NCBI RefSeq assembly: GCF_004010195.1
Contig: NC_057719.1
Span: 82,940,474-82,982,703, forward strand
Length of the DNA stretch: 42,230 nucleotides
Direction: 5' to 3'
Source of the DNA: Chiloscyllium plagiosum
Taxonomy: Eukaryota
The notes beneath the pieces are model-generated. The model was not told the origin of the DNA and searched no databases. It was given only the letters and a program-made list of their open reading frames with translations. Below are positions 23,326 through 36,090 of the stretch, in pieces. A program made the position numbers and the translations under genes. How positions within the stretch are numbered: position 1 is the first letter of the stretch; each line of letters opens with the position of its first letter.

Positions 23326-23904
23326 TGTGTGTTTGATTGAATTCAAATTCCACATCTGCCACGGTCCCCAGAAGATTAGCCGAGTTTCTGGATGAATAAT
23401 GTAGCGGTGACATCACTCCCTTTATCTGACTTGTTGCATATTAGAGGCGAGGAGAGCTGGGTGCAGCCATGATGACTCATTTATGCTCTGACCTTAATGG
23501 AGCTCTGCCTGGTGCTGTCACTGCTGTGTAAACAAACTGTGCCGAGGCACGCTGAAGGTGGGAGCAGGGATGGGCAAAGGTGCCCTCCCGTCTTGATTGG
23601 TCAATTGAGCTGCAGCCCTCCTATTGCCCAGTTTAGCTTTGATTTCCCTGTGTATGGTGCTGCTAAGTAAATCTGACTGTGAGAAGCTGATGTGGCACTG
23701 GACTCTGGGCTCTCAGTAGTACAGATGGAGAGGTCAAGGTTCAACGTTGTTCCGTCCCTCACTCCATTGGCCCTCCACCTCCCCCCGAGTAACTCCTTCA
23801 TTAGGGTGGATGGGAGGTAGAAGTGGCCTCATGGAAAAATAGCTGGGGAGCTGACACATGTAATGTATCAATAGCTGCACTTAGAATCAAAACATCCAGT
23901 TTAA

Positions 23905-24160
23905 TTAGAATCATAGAGTACACAAGAGGCTCTTTGGCCCATTGAGTATGTACTAACAAAAAGCCACTTGAAATCTACACTTATCTCACTTTCCATCTTG
24001 AATGCTGGAATGTTTCAAGTACTCATACAAAGGTTGTGAGGTTTTCTGGCTCGACTACCCTCCCCCAGGCAGTTCATTCCAGACCCCACCACAATCTGGG
24101 TAAGAAACATTTTCCTCACATCTTCTCTAAACTTCCTGCCGCTCACCTTAAAATTGGTCT
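23905..24160 (-). mobile_element. Old CR1 3' end
   Basis: TAGAATCATAGAG tail; CATTCCAGACCCCACCACAATCTGGGT (reverse of QxVVGVWN). Confidence 0.65.
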
Positions 24161-24281
24161 GTGGTAAGGGGAACAGGAAAGACATAGAGGTCCTTTATAC
24201 CTTCATACATCAGAACATTTGTGAATGAGAGGTGTTCCTAACTTTGTATCTGGTTGTCCTCCTTCTGCAGACTCTACGTGA

Positions 24282-24382
24282 CCCATCTGGACAGATCCCA
24301 GTTTGAGGAAGGTTCTCCCATCGAGACACATCCCAGTTTGAGGAAGGTTGTCCCATCCAGATACATCCCAGTTTGAGAAGGC
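24282..24382. repeat. 35-bp tandem repeat, about 3 copies
   Basis: CCCATC...ATCCCAGTTTGAGGAAGGTT at 24282, 24317 and 24352. Confidence 0.85.
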
Positions 24383-24559
24383 CTTCAGCCTACCTTACTT
24401 AGCACATCCTTTCAGACTGACTCCAGAATTTTCCCCACAGCCCCTCCCCCACACCCACCAGTGTAATAATTAATCGATTCTTCAGTCATTCCTAACATTA
24501 CTGTATCTGAGAGTCCACAGTATGATTCGACCTTTATTCCAATTTGCATTTCCTTAACA

Positions 24560-26100
24560 ATTCCATAAAATTATAGCACTGGCCTCAAATATTTCTAGGG
24601 GAACTGAGTTCCACAGTATAACCACACTGAGTGAACACATGTCTCCTTATTTCCCAATTGGATTTATCAGTAACTACCTTATAGTTTAGGTTCCTCAGTT
24701 TGGATTTTGCCAACGTGGAAACGTTTCTCTTTCCCTATCCTTTCCATTGATATTTTTAAAAATTGGTCAACCTACATCCCTTTCTCAAGCAGCAGACTTG
24801 ACATGTTCAGTCTGGTATCTTTCAGTTCTGTTGCCATCCTTTACCAAATTTCTTTTAAACCTTTCACAGTGCTTCCAAGTCCCTTTCACAGTGTAAAGAC
24901 TAGGTATGTACATAGCCCTGTGAACACAATCTGACCAGAGTCCGATATCAGTTTAATGAGGCTTTGACCACTTCTGAATTCTAGACTCCTACAAATAAAT
25001 CTCAGTGCTGTGTTGGCACTTGTAATTGTTTTGCTAAGCTGTATTGCTGCTTTCAATGATTTATTCATCTCTTCCTAGTTCCCTTTGTTCTCCAACCCAT
25101 TCAGTTTAGTATTTTGTAAGATGTGCCTGATACTTTTATTGTTGTTACCATTTATCTAAATTAAGGTTCCATTTGTTACTCACATGTCTAGTCTGCAAGT
25201 TCTCAAGTAAACTGCGTCATTCCTCAGTGTTTGCTACAGCCTTCAAATGTTGATATTGCTCAACTTGTTCCTGAGTCCAAATTCTGAAGGTGTATTAGAA
25301 ATAACAATGGCCCCACACTGATCCTGCTGTAATGTTGTACTTTCCTTCAACCTGAATGACTATTCTTTATCCCTGTTCTTAGCTTTCTGCTTTTTACAAA
25401 TTCACCACCCATTTCCTTTCACCCTGCCTTCACCTTCCATATGAATCCACTGTGTAGCAGTGCAGAGAAGGCCTTTTGAGAATCCAAGTGTATGACTTGT
25501 GACAGGAACCAGCTCTCTTCAAAGAATTAATCTTTTAAAAAAAATTACCATTTCTGTCTCTCGACCATCAGCTCTGCCTTTCTTTCAGTATAGTTTCCAG
25601 AATGTTACCTTCTGCTTATGCTCGATCGTTTCTGGGTTTTGTTTTGCATTGTAGAGGAAGATTAGGTGTTCGCTAATGATTTGACAGAGTTCCAACTTTT
25701 CAATCGACCAGTATAGGCTAATGTGCAGCCTTTCCATTGTCAACAGAAAGGACAGGGAAAAGGAAATGTTTCCACGTTGGCTGAATCCAAACTGAGGAAC
25801 CGAAAGTATAACATAAATCCAGTTGGGAAATAAAGAGAAATGTGTTCCCTCAGTGTGGTTATACTGTGGAACTCAGTAACACAAGAAAAATTTGAGGCAA
25901 CTAGCTGAGGTACTTTCTGAAGAAACCGGAATGAGAGAGGAAGATATTGAGAGAGGCTGAGACAAGGCAGACAGAATGAGAGGCGTCTTAGGTGAGCTAT
26001 AAACACCAGCACAGACGATGTATGTCATCCGGGCCTGGAATCTTATCTTCTTAAATATTTGCTGATACTTCAAATATTTCTTTCTTCCACCTGAGTGTGT
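24560..26100 (-). mobile_element. Ancient decayed CR1 containing a local inverted copy of its own 3' part
   Basis: ANTALRFICRSLEFRS remnant (ORF 24886-25068) and a GPDD-like remnant near 26030. Confidence 0.6.
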
Positions 26101-26488
26101 TTATGTTTATTTTAAGCTCAACACTTTTGTGAAGTAATTCCTGATGTGTCCACCTTTTAGTGCTGTGATCCTTCTTTGATGTCCCTTTCTGTAACTTATG
26201 GGTGACCCCTCCCTCACCGCCACCACCCTTCCCATACATAAGTGGGTGAGGGTTGGATGAGATGTTGAATCTTAAAAAAAATCGATCCCGATACCAACCT
26301 ATTAAATCACATCTGTGTTTAACGGAGGTGGATAAAGCGTGTAGGGGGGAGGGGAGAGTTGGCTAGGGGTTAGGAGAGAGCCAATTTGCCTCAGAGGTGA
26401 AGGGCGGTCGGGAGAGGGGTGATACAGATGCTGCCGACCAGTTAAATATTTCAGTGAAGCTGACAGCCGTTGGTTTAACCTGCTTTCT

Positions 26489-26646
26489 AGATTACAGTAT
26501 GGAGACAGGCCCTTCGGCCCAACAAGTCCACACTGACCCTCTGAAGAGTAACCCACCCAGACCCATTCCCCGACCCTATATTTACCCGTGACAAATGCAC
26601 CTAACACTATGGGCAATTTAGCAAGGCCAATTCACTTAACCTGCAC
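26489..26646 (-). mobile_element. HE1 SINE 3' half
   Basis: Matches the 3' part of the full copy at 29152. Confidence 0.8.
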
Positions 26647-26749
26647 AAAATTCCAGTTTGCCTGGATCTTCCTGGCCTCATGAGCCTCGACAGCTGAAAG
26701 TAGGCTGCATCGGTCCCTTAATTATCACCTTAACCCCATCCCACCACCC

Positions 26750-26892
26750 CCCTGTCACTGGGTCAACATCCTGGAACTCTCTCCCCAAGGGGATTGTGGG
26801 TCAACCTACAACACATGGTTCAAGAAGGCAGCTCACTATCTCAGGAATCGGCAATGAATGCTGGCCCGACCAGTGACACCCACAACCCATAA
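26750..26892 (+). mobile_element. LINE/SINE 3' tail fragment
   Basis: TTCAAGAAGGCAGCTCAC...GGCAATGAATGCTGGCC, the same tail family as the 22365 element. Confidence 0.5.
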
Positions 26893-28399
26893 TACTCTGT
26901 GCAGCCTTCTCCATATTTAAGGAAGAATGTGCTTGTGATGGTGGTAGTTCAAATAGTTTTTTTTGTGTGTATTACCCCTCTGTCACTGTCTTTAGTCGTT
27001 ATCTTTACCTTCTATGACTTTTCCTGCTCTTTGACTATTTATGCTTTTACTCCTTCCTTTAGCTTGACCTTTGCTGTCTTCTCCTGCTGCTTTACTGTTA
27101 GGTTTCTGTCCTTTCTAGCTGTCCCTGTCCCACCCTGTGTTATTCATTTATAGAACACAGTGTCTCGGACCCTAGGATTTTACCACAGAAGCAGCTCATA
27201 TACTCTGTGTTGCATACATTGACATCTCTGCTTTCCACACCACTCCTTTAGCCAGCTGATAACTTTCCCACTCTGTCCCAGGCGAGGTGCATGCTGAAAT
27301 TGAGTAATAATCCTGTGTTTATTACTCCTGACATTTTGTTTTTAGTTCCTGACTTCTGATATTCCCTCAGTAGGATCTCTTCCCTATTCTGTTGCTAATT
27401 CCAAAGCGGACCACAGCAACTTGCTCTCTCCCCACCTTGCTGTGTTCCATCCACCTCTCAGTCTGCTGAGCAACCCATCCTTCAGATTTCTTGCACCTGA
27501 CTGTAAAGAATGCACAAACCACTGACATGGAGCCCTTTACTTAGAACGATAACCTTTCTCCTCTTAGCTTCTTTGCTCGGTAGCTTTCCCTGCCCTGATC
27601 AGCGATTCTGACTCATCTCCCACTGTGAAATCACCTCTTGGAGGTCTCCTTCCAAATTTGTAAAGTCTTTCCCAAATCTGTCCTTGTAACTTAGAACTCT
27701 AAGATTCGATGACCTCCAGCCCATGAGTCTGCTTGTTCTTGTGTCTCGGGGGTCAGACTGGGCACACTATGCTTCTCAAGGTGTGGTCAAACTGGAGCTC
27801 TGGGCCGTGGCTCCACAGGGTCCCATGCAATAGTCGCACCCACCAATACCACAGTGGACAGACGTTTCTGTGCAGATAGGACCATCTCCTCACCAAACTA
27901 TCAACTCTTCTCTCTTGTTGGCTCCCTCACCAGCTGCCGCACAGTCAGTCTAGCAGGACTCGGGATGCACGGTTACTCGTGGTACTATTGAGCCACATCT
28001 CAGTCAGTAGACACTGAAGACCCTGACTGAGAGTATATTCAATGCAGCCTCTAATGTGGTCCTCAACATGGAAGAGCTATGATCCGTCAGCTGAGGGAAG
28101 GTTTTCGCTGACCATCAGTCAGAGCGTTCCGATCCCAGATTTGACCTGCATTGCCATTGAAACCACACCTTGACATTATTAGAGCCACACTGTAAGCAAC
28201 TGAGCAGCTAACCGTTGTTCTGGATTTGTATATATTGAGATACCAGTCTAACAAGACTCCTCATTACCTTTCATATTCATCCTTAGTTATTTCCATACCA
28301 TTCTCAGACCATGAACAGCATCTGTTTTTTTCCTTACTTCGCATTTATCTTGTGAAATGTCTCCTCACGTTTTTAGTTTCCCTCGCAAGTGTTTCCAAC

Positions 28400-28860
28400 T
28401 CATTCTGTCATTTCTGAGCACCTGCCCCTCCCAACCACCATGAGTTCCATTCCTGTCCTTTTCCCAAAGGCCAACATTCCCTCCCCCCCCCAATTTGCTG
28501 GTACTTTTATTCGGCACCCATTTTATTTCTGTAAATCAGAGAGAGTACCTGCCTTTACTACCCTCTCGGGCAACACGTTCCATACCACCCTCTGGGTGAA
28601 AAAAATAACCTTTCTTCAGGTCCCCACTTACTCCTCACCTTAAACCTATATCCTCTGGTCTTAGACCACAGGGAAACGATTCTCGCTATCTACCCTGCCT
28701 ATGCCTCTCATATAAAACCCTTTCCCCCACAACCAGCCTCCTCTGCTCCAAAGAAAACTAACCCAGCCTGTCCAGTCTCTCCTTGTGACAGCCCTCCATC
28801 CCAGGCAACATCCTGGTTGAAGCTCCTCTGCACCCCCTCCAGTGCAATCACGTCCTGCCG
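28400..28860 (-). mobile_element. Old CR1 3' part
   Basis: CCACCCTCTGGGTGAAAA and CCAGGCAACATCCTGG motifs. Confidence 0.7.
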
Positions 28861-29151
28861 GTAGAGTTATCCAATTAGTCGTGCTGCCTGGTTCCTTAGT
28901 CCCCTGAATGTTTTTCTCTCCTTTTAAGTACTTATCCAGTCCTCTAATTATTGGTTCCTGCTATCCATTTAGCCGGTACATTCCAGATCATAATGACTTG
29001 CTACTTTGAAAGACTTTTTCATCCCCTACCCTTTTGCTTCGTTTACTAATTATCTTAATTACGTTTCCTCTGTGTTTTTTTTTGGCACTTAAACAATTTC
29101 TCCTTCTGTTAGCAACTGCGTCCAAATTGCCCTTCCCCGTCCGTGTTCTAA

Positions 29152-29468
29152 GGGTGGCACGGTGGCTCAGTGGTTAGCACTGCTGCCTCACAGCACCAGG
29201 GTCCCAGGTTCGATTCCAGCCTCAGGCGGCTGTCTGTGTGGAGTTTACACCTTCTCCCCGTGTCTGCGTGTGTTTCCTCCGGGGTGCTCCGGTTTCCTCC
29301 CACAGTCCAAAGATGTGTGGGTCAGGGTGAATTGGCCATGCCATCTTGCCCCATTGTGTTAGGTGCATTAGTCAGAGGGAAATGAGTCTGGGTGGGTTAC
29401 TCTTCGGAGGGTCGGTGTGGACTGGTTGGGCCGAAGGGCCTGTTTCCAGACTGTAGGGAATCTAATCT
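29152..29468 (+). mobile_element. Full-length HE1-type V-SINE
   Basis: Box A TGGCTCAGTGG, box B GGTTCGATTCC, V-domain and a GGGAATCTAATCT tail. Confidence 0.93.
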
Positions 29469-29789
29469 GAAAAAACAGCCCAGTTCTGTAGCCTCTTCAT
29501 GTTAAAACCAAATTGCCTTCTGTGGGCCAGTTCCAGTGAATCAGCAGCATTGATTGAACATCCTTTCTGATGTGTGGCGCTAACTATCATATACAATATT
29601 CCAGCTGAGGCCTAACTAGTGTTATTCATAGCAGGAAGTCTTGAGTGACCATTGCACAGAGAAGTTTTATTTCAAAAAGTTGGTCACTTTCAGTGCTCAG
29701 GTACTTAAAAGGAAAGCCAAAAATAATATCTGCTGCTTTGAATTGAATTTATTAAATTGTTAGGTTAACCTTGGATCTGGACAGTGATG

Positions 29790-29960
29790 TACAGTAGGTT
29801 CTGATACAGCGCGATGGTTCCATTCTCATTCGATCTCACGTTATAAGAAAATCGTGCTGTAGCCGTGCCGTTTAAATTAATGGGGGCCACAAGTAAGGAG
29901 AGTTGGCGTTCTACAAATAATGGTCTAAATTCTTCAATCGCGCTAAAACCAACTCGCTGT
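29790..29960 (+). mobile_element. Tc1/mariner-pogo (Tigger-like) MITE left end
   Basis: TA + CAGT terminus followed by CpG-rich GTTATAAGAAAATCG subterminal motifs. No right TIR recognised. Confidence 0.4.
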
Positions 29961-30109
29961 ACCGGTCAGACCAGATGTCAGTTAGTGAAGACCGATAACT
30001 CGATCCTCTTTTATAAAACCAGAGCTGGGAGCCACAGTTTTACCTGGTGTCAGCCTGCAGTTCGGTTGCGGTGGTTCTACTGAAGTGGTCTGATGTGCTG
30101 GTGCGCTTG

Positions 30110-30500
30110 ATCACTTCCCCTTTCAGAATAGAGTCATGTAACTTCTGCCCTGAGTCATGTAACGCCCTGTTGGCTGGCACTTAATCAGCACCACCCATTC
30201 TGACAGGCTGGCAGGTAACAGGACTTCGACTGGAGAAAGCTGTAGCCTAATACCTTCGCTTTTGTACATCATGTCTCTCATTACAAAGCCAAGAATCCCA
30301 TCTGCTTTTGTATCAGCCTTGCCATGTGTCCCTGCCACCTCGTGTTTGCTAGTTTTGTCCTTTTCGGCTCCCGCTTTCACTAGACTGCAAATCAGTCTCT
30401 ATTCTTTCCCCTCATTCTTCCTACAAAAATGAATCATTTCACACTTCTCCGCAAAATTTTTCATCTGCCATATGCCTGCCAATTCTCCGCCTTCCTGAAG
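30110..30500 (-). mobile_element. Decayed CR1 RT fragment
   Basis: WQMKNFAEKCEMIHF and KADGILGFV remnants. Confidence 0.65.
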
Positions 30501-31017
30501 GCTTTTATGATTCTGCTCACTGCAGGCGACGTTTCTGAGCTTTTGTTGCAAACGTTGGAAGTTTGTCTTACGTACACAGGCGCAGGTCACTGTACGTCGC
30601 AAACTGAGTTGTCCAGTGCTAGCACTAAAAAGCGAACCTGCATGGCCTTTGGGAAGATAGCACAGAGGCCTCTTCCAGTGTTGACTCTGGTTAAATTTAG
30701 TGGTATGGGATATTGAAAAGCTGTTATGCACAACAAACTCTTTCAGGGAAAGTTTGACCCCACTGTGACCTGTGGGGATACTGTGCGATGTCTCATTTTT
30801 GTTTCAGATTGTTGGCACCCCCCGCCCCCCTTGTCCCTTTAATCCCACAGGCCTCGACTTTGCTGTCAAGCTCATTAAATAGTATTTTTCGACTCTATTA
30901 TCTGAAAAAGATAATGTCCACACATTGTATCTCTTCCGATGAGGAAACTGCTGGGGCAGAGCACTTTGTCCAATCAAAGGTGGCCCTGCCTAGACTGAAA
31001 TGACTAAACTAGGATTG

Positions 31018-31698
31018 GTTGACTTGCAGGTTGAGTCTGTAGTTAAGAAAGCAAATGTAATGTTGTTATTCATTTCAAGAGGATTGGAATATAAAAACAG
31101 TGAAATGCTACTGAGACTTTATAAATCTCTAGTTAGGCTCCGGTTAGAATACTGTGTCCAGTTTTGGGCCTCACACCTCAGGAAGGACATACTGGCACTG
31201 GAGCGTGTCCAGCGGAGATTCACATGGATGATCTCTTGCATTTTAGACCTAACATACGATGAACGGCTGAGGATCCTGGGATTGTATTCATTAGAGTTTA
31301 GAAGGTTGAGGGGAATACTAATAGAAACTTACAAGATAATATATGGCTTAGAAAGGATGAACGCTGGGAAGTTGTTTCTGTCAGACGGGGATACTAGGAC
31401 CCGTGGGCACAGCCTTAGAATTAGAGGGGGTCAATTTAGAACGGAAATGAGGAGACATTTCTTCAGCCAGAGAGTGGTGGGCCTGTGGAATTCATTGCCA
31501 CAGAGTGCAGTGGAGGCCGGGCATTGGGTGTCTTCAAGGCAGAGATTGATAAATTCTTGATCTTGCAAGGAATTAAGGGATATGGGGGAGAGTGTGGGTA
31601 AGTGGAGTTGAAATGCCCATCAGCCATGATTAAATGGCGGAGTGGACTCGAGGGGCTGAATGGCCTTGCTTCCACTCCTATTTCTTATGGTCTTATGG
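31018..31698 (+). mobile_element. Relatively young 5'-truncated CR1
   Basis: ORF 31000-31560 (LRLYKSLVR, LEYCVQFW, FFSQRVVGLWNSLP) with a (TCTTATGG)2 tail. Confidence 0.93.
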
Positions 31699-32130
31699 TA
31701 GTTAACAAGACTTGCTGCATCTCCATGTTAACTCTGTGCAATGGCTTAGAAAGGATGAACGCTGGGAAGTTGTTTCTGTCAGACGGGGATACTAGGACCC
31801 GTGGGCACAGCCTTAAAATTAGAGGGGGTCAATTTAGAACGGAAATGAGGAGACATTTCTTCAGCCAGAGAGTGGTGGGGCTGTGGAATTCATTGCCACA
31901 GAGTGCAGTGGAGGCCGGGCATTGGGTGTCTTCAAGGCAGAGATTGATAAATTCTTGATCTCGCAAGGAATTAAGGGATATGGGGGAGAGTGTGGGTAAG
32001 TGGAGTTGAAATGCCCATCAGCCATGATTAAATGGCGGAGTGGACTCGAGGGGCTGAATGGCCTTGCTTCCACTCCTATTTCTTATGGTAGTTAACAAGA
32101 CTTGCTGCATCTCCATGTTAACCCTGTGCA
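31343..32130 (+). repeat. About 398-bp near-identical tandem duplication
   Basis: 31343-31740 repeated at 31741-32130. Confidence 0.95.
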
Positions 32131-32639
32131 AACCAATCAGCACACTCCCCTCATGCTGTCTAAATTGTTGTTTCCTTCCTAAAATTTTGTTTTTTGCATT
32201 TCAGTCCTGATGGGTGCAAGGCAAAGAGTTCTTGGCTTCATGTCACTTTTTTTTAGCAATGCTTGCATTCTGTACTGTTGAGCAATCACTTTACTAAATG
32301 TATTTTGAACTGTCGGAGACACGATACCACAAATTTCCACTTCAGTTACTACATTAATGAACTTAATTAAGCACACTTAGCTTTTTAGACTTTCCCTTAT
32401 TAAACCATATTATTGATAAACTGTCTCCTGATGCATTGGTCTTTTTCGTGCTGGGATCCTCAAAGTATTGGATATCAGAACACTTTCCCACCAATGGTCA
32501 TTAGATAACAGTCAGGAATGGGAAATCAGTGTCAATCCTCTTCTCCCGTGCCCAATCCCTGCCTGGATCCTGCCATAGCTCTGAGATGCTCGGAGCTAGT
32601 AATCTCTTTTGGCTAGCCCAGCATGAGATGGGCTTTGGA

Positions 32640-33500
32640 ACAGAGCATCATGGGAATAGAAGGGGGCAGTTCAGCCCTTCAGGACTATTCAATCATTCGA
32701 ATAGATCGTGACTGATCTCTTGCTGAATTCTCCACCTGTCAGAGGTCAGGAAGCTCATCGAACAACAAAGTTATCAATCTGCATTTTGTTGTCCTCGAAA
32801 AGATTCCCTCCCCCTCATCTCTGCTTCTCTCACACACACACTCAAAAAAAAGGCCTCAACAATTATGTTTGGGAAGAGTTTCAGATTCCTACTTCCTTTT
32901 GTGTGAGGAAGTGAGGAAGCCTTTCCTGACTTAGGAATAGGAACAGGATTAGGCCATTCAGCCCAACGAGCCTGTTGCACCATTGATCTGTGGCCTAACT
33001 CCACATGTGGGCCATATCCCATAATACCTCTGCTTAACAAAAAAAAACCTGTTTATTTCAGATTTAACATTAACAGCTGATCCAGCACCCGCTGCCATTT
33101 GTGGAAGAGAGTTCCAAACCTCTACCTCATTTCTCCTGGAAGCTGTGTCCCTAATTCTCAGCAGCTGCTCCCTCCTCTAGAATCTCCAACCAATGGAAAT
33201 AGTTTATTGTTACCTCCTTCCCTGTTAATACCTTGAAGACTTCGCACAGGTCACCCATTAACCTTTGAAATTTGACGGTAACAGGCCTAATTTGTATCAT
33301 TGCTCCTCATAAATCAGGCCTGACTGATTTAGATTTAATTTTAAGCACATATTTCCTTCTGGACCCTACCACAACAGGAAGTCATTATTTTCCCTCTCTC
33401 TGTCCAAGCAACTGCTTTGACTCTAATCATGTCAACTTGGTCATTTTTTAACCTTCTCTGTACAAGGGAGTCCAAGCTATACTGGCTAGATACAACTTTG
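32640..33500 (-). mobile_element. Two old CR1 3' fragments
   Basis: GGAAGAGTTTCAGATT and GGAAGAGAGTTCCAAAC (reverse WNSLP), plus GGCCATTCAGCCC 3' UTR motifs. Confidence 0.6.
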
Positions 33501-33605
33501 GCCTCTTTCTTCACAGGACTATGAGGAGATCTAACGCTTAGTACAACCTGGAGGGGGCAGGGCCAATCTTTGAGAATCCAGTTGTCTATAAACCCTACTA
33601 TTGAT

Positions 33606-33952
33606 CATAGAATCACAGACTCCCTACAGGCCCTTTGGCCCAACAAGTCCATACTGTCCCTCTGAAGAGTAACCCACATAGACCCATTCACTGAACCTAT
33701 TACTTTACACTTACCCTGACGAATGCACCTAACCTACACATCCCTGAACACTGTGGGCAATTTAGCATGGACAGTTCACCTGACCTGCACATCTTTAGAT
33801 TGTGGGAGGAAACTGGAGCACCCGCAGGAAACCTACACAGTCACGGGGAGAATGTGCAAACTCCACACAGACAGTGGCCCGATTCTGGAACTGAACCCGG
33901 GTCCCTGGCGCTGTGAGGCAGTGGTGCTAACCACTGAGCCACCGTGCTGCCC
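33606..33952 (-). mobile_element. Full-length HE1-type V-SINE about 75 bp upstream of exon 2
   Basis: Reverse-complement match to 29152-29468. Confidence 0.92.
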
Positions 33953-34027
33953 ATTGATGTTCTTGTTCAGCAGATCCAGCTTGGTGGCCTGGTTTGGCTT
34001 ATTCCTTGCCTTTTCTTATTTTGCCAG

Positions 34028-34214
34028 GGTTGGAGTTTGTGCTGAACCCCACCAACCTGACCGTGTCCCTGGGCCTGAACGCTCAGATACGATGTCGGCT
34101 GAAGGGGTTCACGGAGCCGCCGTCCATCATCTGGGTGAAGGACGGCGAAGAGCTGCGCAGCGCGGATTTCATAAACATTCACGTCGGCGAGGACGAGTTT
34201 CTGAGCAACATCAG
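34028..34214 (+). CDS. AXL: AXL-like exon 2, N-terminal part of Ig1 (GLEFVLNPTNLTVSLGLNAQIRCRLKGFTEPPSIIWVKDGEELRSADFINIHVGEDEFLSNIR)
   Basis: Polypyrimidine tract and CAG acceptor; AG|GTAATC donor; 187 nt, phase 1-2. Motifs FVxNPxNxT, RC, EPP, WxxDG and GEDE resemble AXL Ig1. TAM family assignment is firm; the paralog is less certain. Confidence 0.9.
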
Positions 34215-34339
34215 GTAATCCCACTGAAAACCTGGACCAGGATCCCTCCCTGTCACTGGAGTGGGTGAAAGCTCCACTCCGTGGAGTTGGCCTGAAGGCG
34301 ATGGTCCCACTGTACAGCCAAGAGGGGGATGGGAAGGGG

Positions 34340-35165
34340 AGGGGGTTTGGTGCACTGTCAGAGAATCTTGGATGAAATATTAAGTGTGCCCCGTTCCATT
34401 AATGTAGAAGATCTCGCGCTAATATGACAAAGGAGAGAATGCTTCTGTGGTGCTTTCTAATATTTAACTCTCATCCAACCTCCTTAAACCAGGTTCTCAC
34501 TTATTAACTCATAACTGTCCTAGGAGCTTCCTAAGAGTAAATTAGAGTCATAGAGTCATACAGCACGGAAACAGACCCTTTGGTCCAACCTGTCCAACCA
34601 TGAGCCTAAACCAAATTAGGCCCACCTGCCTGCGCTTGGCCCATATCCCTCCAAACCTTTCCTATTCATGTACTTATCCAGGTATCTTTTCAATGTTGTA
34701 TTCACATCGACCACTTCCTCTAGGAGTTCATTCCACACACACAACACGCTTTATGTAAAAACGTTGCCCCTCATGTCCTTTTTAAAATCTTTCTCCTCTC
34801 ACCTGAAAAATGTGCCCCAAGTCTTGAACTCTCCTACCCTCGGGAAAGGTCATCTGCCATTCACCTTACCTATACCCCTTTTGATTTTATAAACTTCTAT
34901 AAGGTCACCCGTCAACCTCCTACGCTCCAGTGAAAAATCGTCCCGGCCTCTCCAGCAACTCAAATCCTCCATTCCTGGCAACATAATAGTAAATCGTTTT
35001 CTGAACCCTCTCCAGCTTAATAATATCCTTCCTATAAACAGGGTGACTAGAACTGGACACTGTACTCCATTGCAAATTGAGTGCATTGGTTCCTGTATTA
35101 TATAATAGTGATAAACTTCAAAACGACTTCATTGCCAGGGAAGCACACCTGAGGGTGTGTAAGCT
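34340..35165 (+). mobile_element. Old DeuSINE split by a CR1
   Basis: GTGCACTGTCAGAG..GGATGAAATATTAA..GTAGAAGATCTC continues after 35072 with ACTTCAAAACGACTTCATTG. Confidence 0.5.
34544..35072 (-). mobile_element. CR1 LINE 3' end, possible TSD AAATT
   Basis: (AGAGTCAT)n tail; FSLERRRLTGDLIEVYKI. Confidence 0.9.
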
Positions 35166-35239
35166 TCTGTAATCAGGGTTATCCAATACACAGCCCGTGG
35201 GGTGTTTTGTATCTGGTCCACCGATTTCCAGATGACTCA

Positions 35240-36090
35240 CTTTACCAGATTGTAAAGCTTGAATTTCTCCCAGGACTTTCCTGACAGGATATTCCGATGT
35301 TGATGGTTAAAAGGAGAGTGTGGGTGCAGGGGTCGTATGTGTGTTGCAGGTTAGAATTTGGACAAAGGATTAGTTCTGGAAAATGGCCGCCATAAAAAAG
35401 GATGTGGTGGGGAGGAGGAGGAATGAGGAGAGAGAGAGAGATGAGGGGGACAGAGGAAAGTGGGTGGAGAGAGAGGCTGGGATGAGAGATTGGCGCAAAG
35501 GAGAAAGAGGGGGCTTGGGAGAGACTGGAGGGGAGTGAGTCAGCATTAGCTCCCCACACGTATGATGACCCCACCCTCCCTAATGGATCCAGCAGTCAGC
35601 ATTCTGCACCCCTCCCGCCACCCCGCCAACCCCAAGGTCTTATACCTCCCCTGTCACCTCCAGAGCCCCTCAACCAAAGTAACACTGGCCCCATCGATGG
35701 AGAAAAGGCAGGAAAATGGCCCCTTGCTAGGAAGGTTGGAGAGCCCCAGTGGTGCACAAATACGAATCTTTCTTACTGTGCTAATACCCGTCAGAGTTAG
35801 ACATCAGCTTGTCACTAGAGCTATAGCTAAGGCCAATGAGTCTGGTTCCAGGGGCTTTGGGAAATCATTGTACTCCAGTGTGGTGGGTCAGTCCATTCTC
35901 CCCAGCTGAGGGGTGCTGAGCTCATGGGGAAAGTGGATAAAATGAGTGCTCTCGCCCCCCCTTGACTAAAGCGTCCATAGCAACTTCCCAATTTGTCAGG
36001 GAACCTGTAAAGCAGAGGCCTGTCATCATCAGTGGGGAGTGAAACTGAGTTCACATTTCGAGTCCCCCGTGACTCCTCTTCACAAATACG
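35240..36090 (-). mobile_element. Decayed Penelope-like element remnant
   Basis: Purine/pyrimidine-skewed 3' region and a hammerhead-like terminal motif at 36047-36087. Confidence 0.4.

Larger units (their letters stand above)
22365..23420 (-). mobile_element. tRNA-head shark SINE interrupted by CR1 and Penelope fragments
   Basis: GGCAGATTTCCTTCCCTAAAGGGACATT...GACAATCGAC continues at about 23140 and about 23335 (TTGAATTCAAATTCCAC). Confidence 0.55.

Noticed and set aside
29152..29225. tRNA gene
   Set aside because: The A/B boxes belong to the HE1 SINE head and are followed by the V-domain and LINE tail.
32200..32230. Other hammerhead-like motifs (CTGATGGG...GCAAAG here; also about 10735, 16490 and 23200)
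   Set aside because: Catalytic core or stem II is broken, so at most dead Penelope-type relics.
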